The notes under the pieces were generated by a model that worked only from the letters and a program-made list of their open reading frames with translations, ran no database searches and was not told the DNA's origin. DNA of 58,207 nt, the filler included, from Sphacelaria rigidula (lineage: Eukaryota), in NCBI GenBank assembly GCA_964200075.2. It is 6 parts of 6 records of this genome, joined end to end, with 100 filler letters (N's around TTAATTAATTAA, not from the genome) between each part and the next. Parts side by side here need not be neighbours in the genome. Positions count along the whole stretch, not along the records: positions 19,440 to 29,057 come from CAXNAA020008089.1; positions 29,158 to 38,774 come from CAXNAA020008090.1; 4 more parts are not named here. One strand, written 5' to 3'. A program made the position numbers and the translations under genes. Below, piece by piece: positions 23,744-34,988 of the stretch (within the stretch, counting starts at the first letter, position 1; every line of letters begins with the position of its first letter).

Positions 23744-25700
23744 TATCAGATCGGCGAAAAAGAATCGACCGCACTTTTTCGATCTGAAAATAAAGTGCTA
23801 AGGGCGTGTCTTATGCCAACTCTAAAGGGAGCCGTTCAAAATTCCTGTGTGAAACTGCCGTTTGGGCCCTTCTCCATCGATTTACGCCCGAAAAGAGGGC
23901 TAGACGCATGTTGACGCCTAGGAATGACTTGCTCTACTCCTATAGACTGTTCTAGGGCAACTTTTGCATTTTGGCCGCACTTTTGTTTTTGGCCAAACCA
24001 GGCCAAACACAAATTTGCAGTATGGAACGGTCAGGTGATCAAAATTTCTCCCTTTTTGTTGATTGCCCGACCGTTTTTAGTTGAATATCCCTGTTTGACC
24101 AAAAAAAATTAAAATGCGGCCAGCGGGAAATGCAAAATTTGCCCTGGAACGGCCTCAATGAGTAGAGCAAGTCATTCCAAGGCGTCAATATCCGCCTAGC
24201 CCTCTTTCAGGCGAAAAACGACGGAAAAGGGCCAAAAACGCAGTTTTATTCAAGAATTTTGAACGGTCCTCATTAGAGTCGGTCGTAGAACATCGGTTTT
24301 CGATCGAAAATGTGCGGTTGAAAAAATAAATCCCCATCTGATAGGTCGTGATTTCAACCATTCTCACAATTTTCGACGATGGTTGAAATTATGACCTATC
24401 AGATCAGCATTTTTGTTCTTCACCGCATATATTAGATCGAAAACCAGGGTGCGAAGACACGCCTTGAGGCCAACTCTAATGAGAGTCGTTCGAAATTCCT
24501 GTTGAAAACTGCCTTTTGGGTCATTCTCCGTCAATTTAAGCCCGAAAAGAGGGTAGAACAAGTCATTTCAAGGCGTCAATATCCGCCTAGCCCTCATTCG
24601 GGCGAAAAACGACGGAGAAGGGCCATAAAGGCAGTTTTAATCAAGAATTTTGAACGGCTCCCATTAGAGTCGGTCTTAAAACACTGGTTTTCGATCGAAA
24701 ATGTGCGGTTGAAAAAACAAATCCTGATCTGATGGGTCGTGATTTCAATCATCTTCACAATTTCCGACAATGGTTGAAATTACGACCTATCAGATCAGGA
24801 TTTTTGTCCTCCACCGCACATACTAGATCGAAAACCAATGTGCGAAGACACACCCAAAGGCCAACTCTAATGGGAGCCGTTCGAAATTCCTGTTGAAAAC
24901 TGCCTTTTTGGCCTAGACCGACTATAATGGTGCCGCGCCCCGGTGCCATAATGGTCCGACTATCGCCATTGGGGTGGAGAGAACGGGGGTTCGATTTCCA
25001 ATGCGTTGGGTTTTTTCTTTGTAATACCTGATTTCCACCGTGGAAAGGGTGAGAGCATGAGTAAACAAAGTAGTCGACTGGGTTTGTGTGACGTGAGTTG
25101 ACACGGTGCGGGACTGCTGACCCAATCCGCGAGACCAAAATAAAAGGCGCGCACCAGGGCTGAGACGGGTTGATCCCTTGAGAACACGGAAACTCATCCC
25201 GAGGAAGGGGAGGGGTTCAAGGTGTGAGGAAAAAGAAAAAAATGGGAGCCGTTCAAAATTTCTGTTCAAAACGGCATTTTTGGCCCTTCTCCGTCGTTTT
25301 TCGCGTGAAAGAGGCTGGTTAGGCGGATGTTGACGCCTTGGAATGACTTGCTCTACTCATTGAGGCCGTTCCAGGGCAGCTTTGCATTTTTGGCCAAACA
25401 CGGGTTTTGAACAAAAGACGGTCAAGCGATCAACAAAAAGGGGGAAATCTTGATCACTTGACCGTTTTATACTGAACATCCGTGTTTGGCCTCATTTGGC
25501 CAAAAACCAAAGTGTGGCCAGCGGGAAATGCAAAGTTGAGCTAGAACGGTCTCAACGAGGTAGAGCAAGTCATTCCAAGGCGTCAACATGCGTCTAGCCC
25601 TCTTTTCGGGCGTAAATCGACGGAGAAAAGCCCAAAAGGCAGTTTTAAACAGGGTTTTTGAACGGGTACCATTAGAGTTGGCCGAAGACACGCCCTGAAA
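23744..25700. repeat. Foldback-like nested inverted-repeat array (six alternating arms, two mutually inverted spacers)
   Basis: Arm core GCCAACTCTAA.GGGAGCCGTTC.AAATTCCTGT...CCCGAAAAGAGGG...GTTGACGCCT.GGAATGACTTGCTCTACTC alternates with its reverse complement; outer ends AGGGCGTGTCTT / AAGACACGCCCT. Confidence 0.88.
24932..25240 (+). mobile_element. Full-length SINE copy inside the foldback array
   Basis: GCCGCGCCCCGGTG head, GGGGGTTCGATTTCC B box, body matching 17240-17529, A-rich tail. Confidence 0.88.
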
Positions 25701-25931
25701 GGGTAAAATAATTGCGCGAACGAACGGATCGAACATTACGCCCGCGCCGAATCTTCCATCTTATACTCATCACATATGACATAGTTTCATAACCGATACA
25801 GATATCCAATCTTTGGCTCAACCTCTTGATAGGAGTCATTGCCTTTACTACCTCCCAAAAATAATTAATCCCTTTCCACGCCCATCGTGGAGGACGGGGC
25901 CGCCTATCGGCGGCTCCCTCCGATCCTTGTA

Positions 25932-25932
<1 letters not shown>

Positions 25933-25998
<66 letters not shown>

Positions 25999-26022
25999 TA
26001 ATATGATAATAATAATAATATG

Positions 26023-26053
<31 letters not shown>

Positions 26054-26082
26054 TAAAAAATAATAATAATAATAATAATAAT
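25933..26082. repeat. (TAA)n microsatellite
   Basis: About 150 bp of imperfect TAA repeats. Confidence 0.95.
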
Positions 26083-26438
26083 GTGCTCACCTCGCCGCGA
26101 AGCCATGCAGTTGTTCAGTTTCCCCGGTGATGATCACTAGACGATTCAAGCACAATGAGGAGGGGATCTCTTTTTTGTGGGTGCTGCTGCGTATTGTGTG
26201 CAGTGCGGTAGTTATCGCCAGCTGCCCTGGGTTTGGTAGTCAAGATCCGACTCGACCCTGGGCGATTACGGGAAGTAGGGGGGGGAAGATGTGCAGAAAC
26301 GCTGGCCCCCCAAAATGGACTTGTTTTTTTCAAGTCAGGTGATGCAAGTCGATTCAATACAGTGCAGTGAAGCGCAAGAAAGTGAACTCCAGTGCGATGA
26401 AGTGAAGCACAATGTAATGCGTTACCACCTCACGGCAG

Positions 26439-26597
26439 GCAAAGTGCCGGCGTTTACCCGGGGCGGCTTCGGATCTAACCCTGCCCCTGGTCATCATGAC
26501 GAGCGAAGATACGGACGCAAAGACAAGGGCGTTGGTAGAGCAGGAGGGTCGTTTCGGCATGGCGGAGGGCCAAATAATGTTCGTCATGCAGGATAAG
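26439..26597 (+). CDS. USP: UDP-sugar pyrophosphorylase, internal exon A
   Basis: CAG| AKCRRLPGAASDLTLPLVIMTSEDTDAKTRALVEQEGRFGMAEGQIMFVMQDK |GTGAGT; PLxIMTSxDT...FG...Q.K motif; 53 codons, phase 0. Confidence 0.88.
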
Positions 26598-26924
26598 GTG
26601 AGTCACTGTGAGTCTGAGTGTCTGAGTGTGTGTGTGTGTGTGTGTGACACCGCACAAAAGGGATACCTACCCGCCGTACCCGTTCTTCCCCCCCAATCCC
26701 GTTGAGAACCTCCTCTCCGCTCTAAGGGGATCATCTTACTACGGTACGTGGTGTTCAAATGGTGAGACATCCATGAGACAGAGTAACCCGTGGTTGTCTT
26801 TGGAAGTGGCGATGCCAGAAAATGCAGCAATTTATTCGAGGCTATCGTCTCTCTTCCTCTCTACTGTATTGCTTTTTGTATATGTTTTTCTTGTTTCATT
26901 CCCTCGCTTCTCCCCTCGCCGCAG

Positions 26925-27107
26925 GTTCCAGCATTGGGAGATAGCTCCGCCAGCCTGGTGTTGAGCGAAGACGACGCGTTCACCCTGGAGACCAAGCCGC
27001 ACGGACACGGGGATGTGCACCACCTCTTGCTCAGGGAGGGCATAGCGGAGAGCCTGAAGGCTAAGGGCTTCGAGTGGTTATTTTTCTTCCAGGACACCAA
27101 CGCTCTG
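26925..27107 (+). CDS. USP: UDP-sugar pyrophosphorylase, internal exon B
   Basis: CAG| VPALGD...ETKPHGHGDVHHLL...FFFQDTNAL |GTGTGT; TKPHGHGDVH and QDTN are USP signatures. Confidence 0.92.
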
Positions 27108-27624
27108 GTGTGTTGTGTGTTGTGTGTTGTGTATTGTGTTTACCTCTCTTACTACTCGTACACCTTTCAGGCTTTCTTCATTCGGTATAGTACTTTTCTT
27201 TTTCGAAAAAAGTGTGACATCATGGTAACTAAATTCCCTCGTCCTACCCCCCCTCCCCCGCCGTAGCAGATGTATTACTTTCTGTACACGAATCGGTGGC
27301 CAAACAAATCCCATCGTTGAACAATTGTATTTTGGGTTTAGTGCTCACTATGCACATTCAGATAATCGGGGGGGAGGGGGGGGGGCTCATGTGGTAGTCC
27401 ACGGTGTGCTCGAATTGGGGAAGTTTGACAGTCCCAGGTTGCTTGCCAGCATACACACATGCAGTGGAGGCGTTTTTGGTTCAAATCATCGCCTTCGATC
27501 CCCGCCCCTCCCCTGCATCCCCCTCCCCCGAGGATCGTCAGCATGCCTTGGGTTGGTACTAGGGCTAGCCTTCGGTTTCGACACACGTTCTTGTGCTCTT
27601 GACTACACTTACATCGACGTTTGA

Positions 27625-27662
<38 letters not shown>

Positions 27663-28025
27663 TGTTGTGGTTATTGCCCTAGAGAAAAAGGGCACATGAA
27701 ATGAGTGACAACAGTTGTCCATCGAGGGCTCGTCATTTTTTTTGCACTTTTTTGTTTTCTCGAGGGTGAGGTCAATCACTTTATGGGTGTTTGCTTTTAT
27801 TTTTAACCCAGTTAATTTTTTGTATTTTCCAACAGCGAAACCAAAATCTCCTTGAAACTGTTCTCCAATTTGTTTTGTACGTTTTCGTGTACAAATGTGA
27901 GTATGTACGCATGTTTTCGCCGGGTCGGCCTCGTTCCTCACTTTTTTTGGAGCCCTTGTATTATATTTACATGTATGGATAATTAGGTAATCGTGGTACT
28001 ATACATACCTTTTCGCCACACGCAG

Positions 28026-28153
28026 GTGTTGAACTCGTTGCTGCCAGCGCTAGGCGTCAGCCTCAGCAAGGGATATCACATGAACTCCATCTGTGTGCCG
28101 AGGAAGGCAAAGGAGGCTGCGGGAGCCATCACGGCCCTCACACGTGAAGACGG
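28026..28153 (+). CDS. USP: UDP-sugar pyrophosphorylase, internal exon C
   Basis: [52 protein letters not shown]; in frame with exon B. Confidence 0.9.
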
Positions 28154-28989
28154 GTGCGTGCAATCGATACGTGTGACGTATGTGTACACATATGTATGCA
28201 TTACAGGTAACGCCACCACTCAAGAGCGTCTCATTGGGCGAGAGGCTCGAGTTTTTGTTACCTCTGTGGGCTACCAACAGCAGAAATAAATGTATAGGTT
28301 TAAGTGTGATTTTCGTATTTCAGGAATCACAATTTGTGCTCCAAGAGTAAATGTCGCGATAGTCCCCTACCCCCACCTCCCCAAACCAGCCCCAAAGCTG
28401 TCACGAAGAAAGTAGCCATTGAACGCGTGATAGCTTGTGACCACGGGTTTGAGAGATCGGACTGATGTGCGGAAATAACAGTAATAATAATAATAACATA
28501 AAAGTTGCTTCAGACTGCACGAAGCGCCTTATACGGGCGACGTTGGCGAAAACGATAGCGAGCGTGGAAGCTCCCGACAGATCGGTGTGCTCGGCTTTTG
28601 TGATCTTGATTTCATGTAGAGTTCGCCCCCCTCAAATCGCGGCATCCGTCTCAGTCTTGCGCTCTCATATTTTGAAGACTTTTACTACACATAACATACG
28701 ACACATCGCAGAGGCTCTAGTTCTTAGCCGTCAAGTTCGTGAGTGGTGGTGCTCACTGTACCATAGCGTACGTACGGGGTTTCGTCACCTGGAACGGAAC
28801 GGAATGGAAGCACGCAGCCTACAGACTCTCCTTGTTATCTGCCGTGACCCTTGGTGATGCCGCCAAACGGAGTTGTGTTGTTGGAAATTTTGCGTACGTC
28901 GGACATCTGCAGTGATGATTATTCATGCGTCTGGAAATCAATCGCCAAGGGCTGTCCTCTCTTTCCCCCCCCACAGCTCAACTGGTGAC

Positions 28990-29057
28990 GCACCCATGAG
29001 GCAGTATATAAGCCGTGGCTGCCTGTGGAAGTGGTGATACCACAGAATAAAGCAACT
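28990..29057. repeat. Repeat fragment shared with ~48355-48426
   Basis: CACCCATGAGGCAGT.TA.AAGCC.TGGCTG.CT.TGGAAGTGG.GATACC.CAGAATAAAGCAACT in both copies. Confidence 0.8.
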
Positions 29058-29157
29058 NNNNNNNNNNNNNNNNNNNNNNNNNNNNNNNNNNNNNNNNNNN
29101 NTTAATTAATTAANNNNNNNNNNNNNNNNNNNNNNNNNNNNNNNNNNNNNNNNNNNN
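29058..29157. other. Artificial contig spacer
   Basis: Same N44-TTAATTAATTAA-N44 structure. Confidence 0.97.
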
Positions 29158-30069
29158 TAATCCTCCGGGTTCTCATCCTCAATGAAAAGCACCATCCTCA
29201 ACATAGATGATTGGCTGTTATTAGCTGATGGTGTGCCTTGTTCGGCAGCCCACGCAGTCTGTAACCTACGGCGAGAGGACTTGGTCACCAAAGAAGTTTC
29301 GTTTCCAGCCGATGTCTGTTGTCGTACACCCACACGCGCCGTATACCCCATGCCGCGAGAGAAGTTGTCACCTACACGCTCTCTGTCCTGGGTAAGATGG
29401 GACTTACCCATTGTCCACGAGTGCTGCTTCTATTGGCGTCATTCAGCATTGATCCAGCCCTCGCGTTCCCGTCGCGATCCAAACACGCGTCAGCTGTCAC
29501 TCGGCTTGACCGCGCCTTAGTGTACTCAAGGAGCTCTCCAGCTCGCGGTGATGTCAGTTGAGGAAATTCTTTGGCGCCATCTCGAATTTGAACCGATCCC
29601 GGGTGTACAGGAGAGAAGGTCGATTAGTCTTGCGGAAGCCATGGTATCTGTTTATATTTGGAGTGGATGCTAATATATACCGATCCCCGTTTTTCAAGGA
29701 TGAGATGCTCACCGTCATGATCAGTGACAAGCGGATGAGCAGAAAAACAATGCTTCCAGGCAAACTTGTCGGACTCGGATGCACCCTCGAAAAAACGTCG
29801 TGGTAGGTTTTGTGTATGCTGTCGGTGCTTCTTCACCTAATGTGTATCAGAGTGACTCCATACCTCGACGAAGGCAGAAAACGCCTGGTCGGGAGCCTCC
29901 TGTGTGGAACGCAAATCCTCGGTAAGCTTTTCGTACATTTTGTGTGGAACTACACCGACGATGACTCAACACCTCGTGTGTCTTTACTCGGAATATGCGC
30001 TTCTCTTGACTCCTTGTCTTGCCATTTTATTGGTGTGTGTGTCCTCGACCACGTATTGTTTGGTCAAAG

Positions 30070-30219
30070 GTGGAAGCTCCCATACTTTTCGTCGCAGCCG
30101 AGAGGGATGAGCTCTGCCCCGCGGACACTGTGCGACAGGCGACGGCATCGGCACGAGAAGCCGAGCTCTCCATGCATGACAACACTCACTTCAATATTTA
30201 TACGGGAGAGGTGCTAGAG
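30070..30219 (+). CDS. Alpha/beta-hydrolase penultimate exon (catalytic Asp and His region)
   Basis: AAG| VEAPILFVAAERDELCPADTVRQ...DNTHFNIYTGEVLE |GTGTGT; P.L...AE.D.LCP and HF.IY motifs. Confidence 0.8.
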
Positions 30220-30289
30220 GTGTGTGAGGCTGTGCGGGCACGTGTGCTCTGTGTCTTGTGTTATTTCGGCCGTTCGAAGCGTTACCTCT

Positions 30290-30370
30290 AATCCCCCGCC
30301 CCAGTCACCCATCTCTCCGAGGCGAGTTCATAGTCTCAAGGGATCAACCCATCTCCCCTGTTGTACGGTA
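30290..30370 (-). mobile_element. Short SINE 3' fragment
   Basis: GTCTCAAGGGATCAACCCATCTCCCCTG is the reverse complement of the SINE body. Confidence 0.6.
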
Positions 30371-31431
30371 CATGCCTTGTGCTCCGTTGCGTGAAGGTAT
30401 CCTCGAGAAATTCCCACCGCCCGTTTTTTTTCGGTTGTTTACGCCACGTAACCGACGACGATCGACGAGTACTGTGCGGGGTACCCTTCCAAGTACTTTT
30501 CGCTGAAACTGTTTTGTCGGCGATATCACGGTGTTGGCTGGACATGACTTCCTGAGGAATCTTCTCCAACGTGTGCAAAGGCAGAACAATATCGCCGACG
30601 ATTTGAAGTCGGCGAGTTGGATATTGGGTTGCAACTCCGTGCGCACATTTACATGAACAGAGACACCCTATTTGATTATTACTCTGTGTTTTTCTCAAAC
30701 ACGCACCAGACTTGTGGTTATTACTGTATATGTTTCCAGGGGACAGGGAAGAAAGAAGGGAGATATTATGGTAAGCGCCTGCGGTAGTCGAATATATGTC
30801 AAGTCGTATTGTAGAGCTGCGGACAACTCCCCCGATGTACGTTATTCACGGGTTATTGTTTACAGCTGCGGTAGTCGTCGCCCATTGCTCTGCACGTATA
30901 CAGAGATCCCCTTTTTTATGTCGAGCTTTATTAACTCTCCGTATGTTTCCCGCGGCCCGTAGACTTCGGCTATGGAGGGGGGTACAGCCATGAAGCATTG
31001 AATTAAAACTCTCGCGACCAGTCGAGTATTGTCCCGTCATGAATTTGCATCATGTCTTCCTTCCCATCAATGAATGTCATCATGTTCACCATTCTTGTGC
31101 CCGCCTTCCCTGGCGATGGAAACCGGGATATTCGTTGTGGTATCGGATCCTAAACCCGCACAATCCGGCGAAATTCAGAAAGTGTCAGATATCCCAATTC
31201 GATCACCTGGGCGCGCAGCCAGTGCCTTAAGTCTATCTTTGTATGGTCGATAGCTGTCGCTGGTCTGCAGTCTCGATCCTTCCCTCAGGGGTACGAATGG
31301 ATGTCCACGTGAGCGATGTGCAAACTAATTCGGCTAATACTGTGGTTTTGCCTTCCGATGCTTTCCGCGTGCTCTTGTTGTATCGTGTGATTGCTGCCAT
31401 TGTTGTTGTGTGCGCGCGCCTGGTTTTGCAG

Positions 31432-31500
31432 AAAATCTTGCAGGACATGGGTGACTTCTTGGAGCTGAACTTGTTCTACGAGAAGCTCCGCTTGAAATAG
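31432..31500 (+). CDS. Alpha/beta-hydrolase terminal exon
   Basis: TTTTGCAG| KILQDMGDFLELNLFYEKLRLK*; phase 0, supplies the expected C-terminal 'FL' helix. Confidence 0.65.
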   Translation, partial: KILQDMGDFLELNLFYEKLRLK

Positions 31501-31633
31501 CTTGTATGCTTGTTTTCTGATGGGAATAAACTACTTGGGAATCGTTCCGAGTATGAAAAATTATACATCCCAAACATTGTTTTTACTTCCATGGCAAAAG
31601 TACAGGGTACATTTCAGAGGCCTAACATCGCGT

Positions 31634-31813
31634 CAACGTAGAGCCAACGAAAAAACTTGGTACCTGTAGGATAGTTCCCCCCCTACCACCCCCCCACCCC
31701 CTATTTAAGAAGTATAAAGGTTCGCTTCAACGTAGAACCAAAGAAAAAACTTGGTACCTGTAGGATAGTTCCGCCCCTACCACCCCCCCACCCCCTATTT
31801 AAGAAGAATATAG
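31634..31813. repeat. Two-copy tandem duplication, 94-bp period
   Basis: CAACGTAGA.CCAA.GAAAAAACTTGGTACCTGTAGGATAGTTCC.CCCCTACCACCCCCC...CTATTTAAGAAG starts at 31634 and 31728. Confidence 0.9.
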
Positions 31814-32117
31814 GTATATAGGTGTACTTCGGGTTAGAGTCCCTTCCTCCCATATCCTTGATGTTGAGCTTTAAGGCTAGCCGGCAGCGTAGTTCGAACC
31901 ACTCCCTGCCCTCCCCTGTGCGTGGCGTGCTATACTCGGGGTATGTGTTGTGTCGGCTAGTAGTGATCCCATCTACTGTTTTTAGCGGTTTGCGTTTGTG
32001 TAGGTAGCCCGCTGTGCATGTCCTTTTATGTCTTGGCGGATTTGCACGCGGCCTTCAACGTGTATGTCGTGCGCGCTATGTGTTTCGCACTCTGCATCGC
32101 AGCACCTTGAGGACAGG

Positions 32118-32160
<43 letters not shown>

Positions 32161-33661
32161 GACCTCTGAGCGTAGGCTCAATTTTCGACTTCGTATCTCA
32201 CTGATTGTTGGCATATTTATATTTCTTTCTATTATGGAATGAGTGCTGACCATTCAAAGTGCGAGAAAAAATGTAGTTTATACGCTGACATTGTGCTGTG
32301 CGTTGATGTGATGCTATGAACTATCGAACGCGGTGGGCGAAAATGTTCTAGCATTGAACCTAGTTTGAGCATTACAAGAGAAGTGGGAAGCGAGATAAGT
32401 CAACAGTCTGCGGTATATTGGCTAGTGCGTGGGTGTTGTATACACTACGGCTCTCTCGGGTATTGCGCTGTATGTTGTTTCGCGCGTTTGCCCCCCCCCC
32501 CCTCCCTGCGCCCCCCTATTTATCGGTATGTGGGTTGTTGAAGACGGCGGGGAATCATGTTTGGCTCATGACCGACCACCCTGTGGCCCCGGTCGCAAAT
32601 TTTGCGCTGTGTCCATGGAAAGGACATGAAAAGACAATCAGCGTAGGAGTGTATTGCGAGATTTCGACCCCTTGTCGATGGTAATGTTTTGTTGTGTTGA
32701 GCCTGCTGTTTCCCCAAGCTGCTCTCTTTTTCCGTGGTTGCTTGCTGATACGGCCAGGATCTGTAGAAACGTTTCCATCGGAGTGCTGTTTGCCTCCTGG
32801 TGCGTCTCGAAACAGGTTATTTTTTTTTGCGATGAAGCCGGATCGGTCATTTGCCATTATTTTTCACTCCTCCGATGATAGTGATAGCTTTTGATTAACC
32901 CGTCATTGCTTCCTCCGGAGTATTTTCGGTGCATTCCTCATCGTTCCTTCGGCATATCACGAGTTGTGTGTGTGCGTGTGTGCGTGTGTGTGTGTGTGTG
33001 TGTGCTGGTGAACGACAGATTTTCGGCTCAGTGTATCCTCCCGGTTTTACTTGGTCTTTGCTGTCGAACGACACGTCGGGTGTGTCAACGCGAGGTAGCG
33101 TAAGATCGATGGACTTATGGTGTGTTGAGTCATGCGCCAAAGTTTGTGTTATGGTACTTTTGAAACGTTTCGTGCGTGCGTGCTGTTGTCGCTACTGTAC
33201 ACGGCGATTGCATGTGCTGGCAGTAAATTAATCGTGTCCATGTGAAACCTCTAGTTCCGGGCTCGGGTGCGGGTTGTTTACGGTTTGTCGCCGGCGTACA
33301 TGTCGATCATCGGCGCACATGAATCGTGGGTCGATTTTTGCGAGCACAGCACGATGAGTTTTTTATTGCTCGCCTACAGGGAGCAAAGATCCTTCGAGAA
33401 AAACCGTCCCCCATGGTCCGTCGATCGAAAAAAAACAAGAACATTTCCCCATACGAAAAATCCCAACGGGAGTTTACTTATTCTCCACGAGTCTAGATTG
33501 CGCAAGCTGCGTGCAGTCACGTTTTGAGAGGTGCGTTAGTGTACCCCATGCTCTTGTCGGGACAGCAGTTTTGTGTTGCGCTGCCTGTATGTTCACCACA
33601 TTCGATGAGCAGACATGTGCTCCGTGATGGACTTGCTCTTAGTGCGGATGGTGTTGTTGTT

Positions 33662-33694
<33 letters not shown>

Positions 33695-34086
33695 GGCTTC
33701 ACATTGAAAACCGTTCCGATATCTGCGCAGTAGCAGATGTGATTGACTGATTGCGGTCATGAGATCCAAAAGGAATCCAGCCGTGGTCGTGAGAATGTCA
33801 TATGTACCCTGAGGCAAACAAGCGGAACCACGCGCCAATTGGAACTCGAGAAAGAGTAAACATGAAACAAAAAGGGTACAAAACATCAAAGATAACGGAA
33901 AAGAGGTCGGAAAAGAGGTGAGCGAAGAAACAATTGGGGACACACGGAGACGCTATGATAGGCTGAAGCCTATAAGGAGTCCCGAGAGATTGTACGAAGT
34001 TCAGAGACCGTACATGAGTAAAACTGATGATTACTTCCCGGGGCGACGCAACTTACGTCCGGGGACCTTCGGGAGTTGGAATACAG

Positions 34087-34425
34087 GCTGGTTCACGCTT
34101 GTCACCCCGAAGTGTGTCATCAGCGAATCCCTTCCGCAAAACCTACCTAATAGTCGCATACATGGCATCATACTGATCGCCATGAACAATAGCTGAAGAC
34201 GGTGATAAAGCCAGATTTGTGCGTGAGGCCGTAGTGGTGACGCCAAGGGCGAACAGGTCCTCGACCAGTCACCTTCCTTGAAATTGATCTGAAATCGAGA
34301 AATCGGATTCCAGCCCCAATTTTTACCCAATCCCCAGATGCTTCAAATCGTCGTAACCGACATTAGCTCGGGAATCTAACGGAAAGATATCTGAAAACGG
34401 TCACAACGGGGTCAAATTATATTCG
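34087..34425. repeat. Unclassified interspersed repeat shared with ~7017-7370
   Basis: Same collinear blocks as 7017-7370. Confidence 0.75.
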
Positions 34426-34714
34426 AAACCATATGGTATGTCCGTGATATGCTGCGGTCTTGGCGTCGTCTCAGGCATAAGTCCTAATGCGTGAAGACTG
34501 CGTGCAACAATCCAATCGAACCGATGCAAACTAGTGGGAAAGCAACGATCAGCTGACTAAAGGCGAGCGTGATCACATCGAACAAAATGTGAACATGATC
34601 AGATCGGCGGCTCCTTTGTCCCCAGCGAGACTTCAAACAACTTACTGAACAGTGGATGTACGGTGGTGACCAAACGGGGGTGTCCTACCGCATCATCTGT
34701 TTGTTTTGACCGTC

Positions 34715-34988
34715 GAGCAATGCTACGGTAGGGGTTGCGCTTTTTGCTTCTGGGGCTCCTTTTTGGAGGAGCACAAATATATGGGGCTTACCGTGCAACC
34801 TAAATCTCCGGGGACCGAACTCCCAGAAACATGGTGTTTGCACGCAGGGTTCTTTTCGTGAATCGGCATCATACTCAGTCTTTTTCAAGTCAAAATATGC
34901 CGATTCACAAAATGACTCGTCCGACACCCCTAGCAGCCCCGAAAAACATTTTCGCTATGAAAGTGCAACCCCTACCGTAGCATCACTC
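34715..34988. mobile_element. MITE with the same TIRs as 2488 and 44891 but a different interior; 4-bp TSD CGTC
   Basis: CGTC|GAGCAATGCTACGGTAGGGGTTGC ... GCAACCCCTACCGTAGCATCACTC|CGTC. Confidence 0.88.

Noticed and set aside
23744..25700. CRISPR-like array
   Set aside because: The units are long and alternately inverted with no unique spacers, there are no cas genes, and the context is eukaryotic
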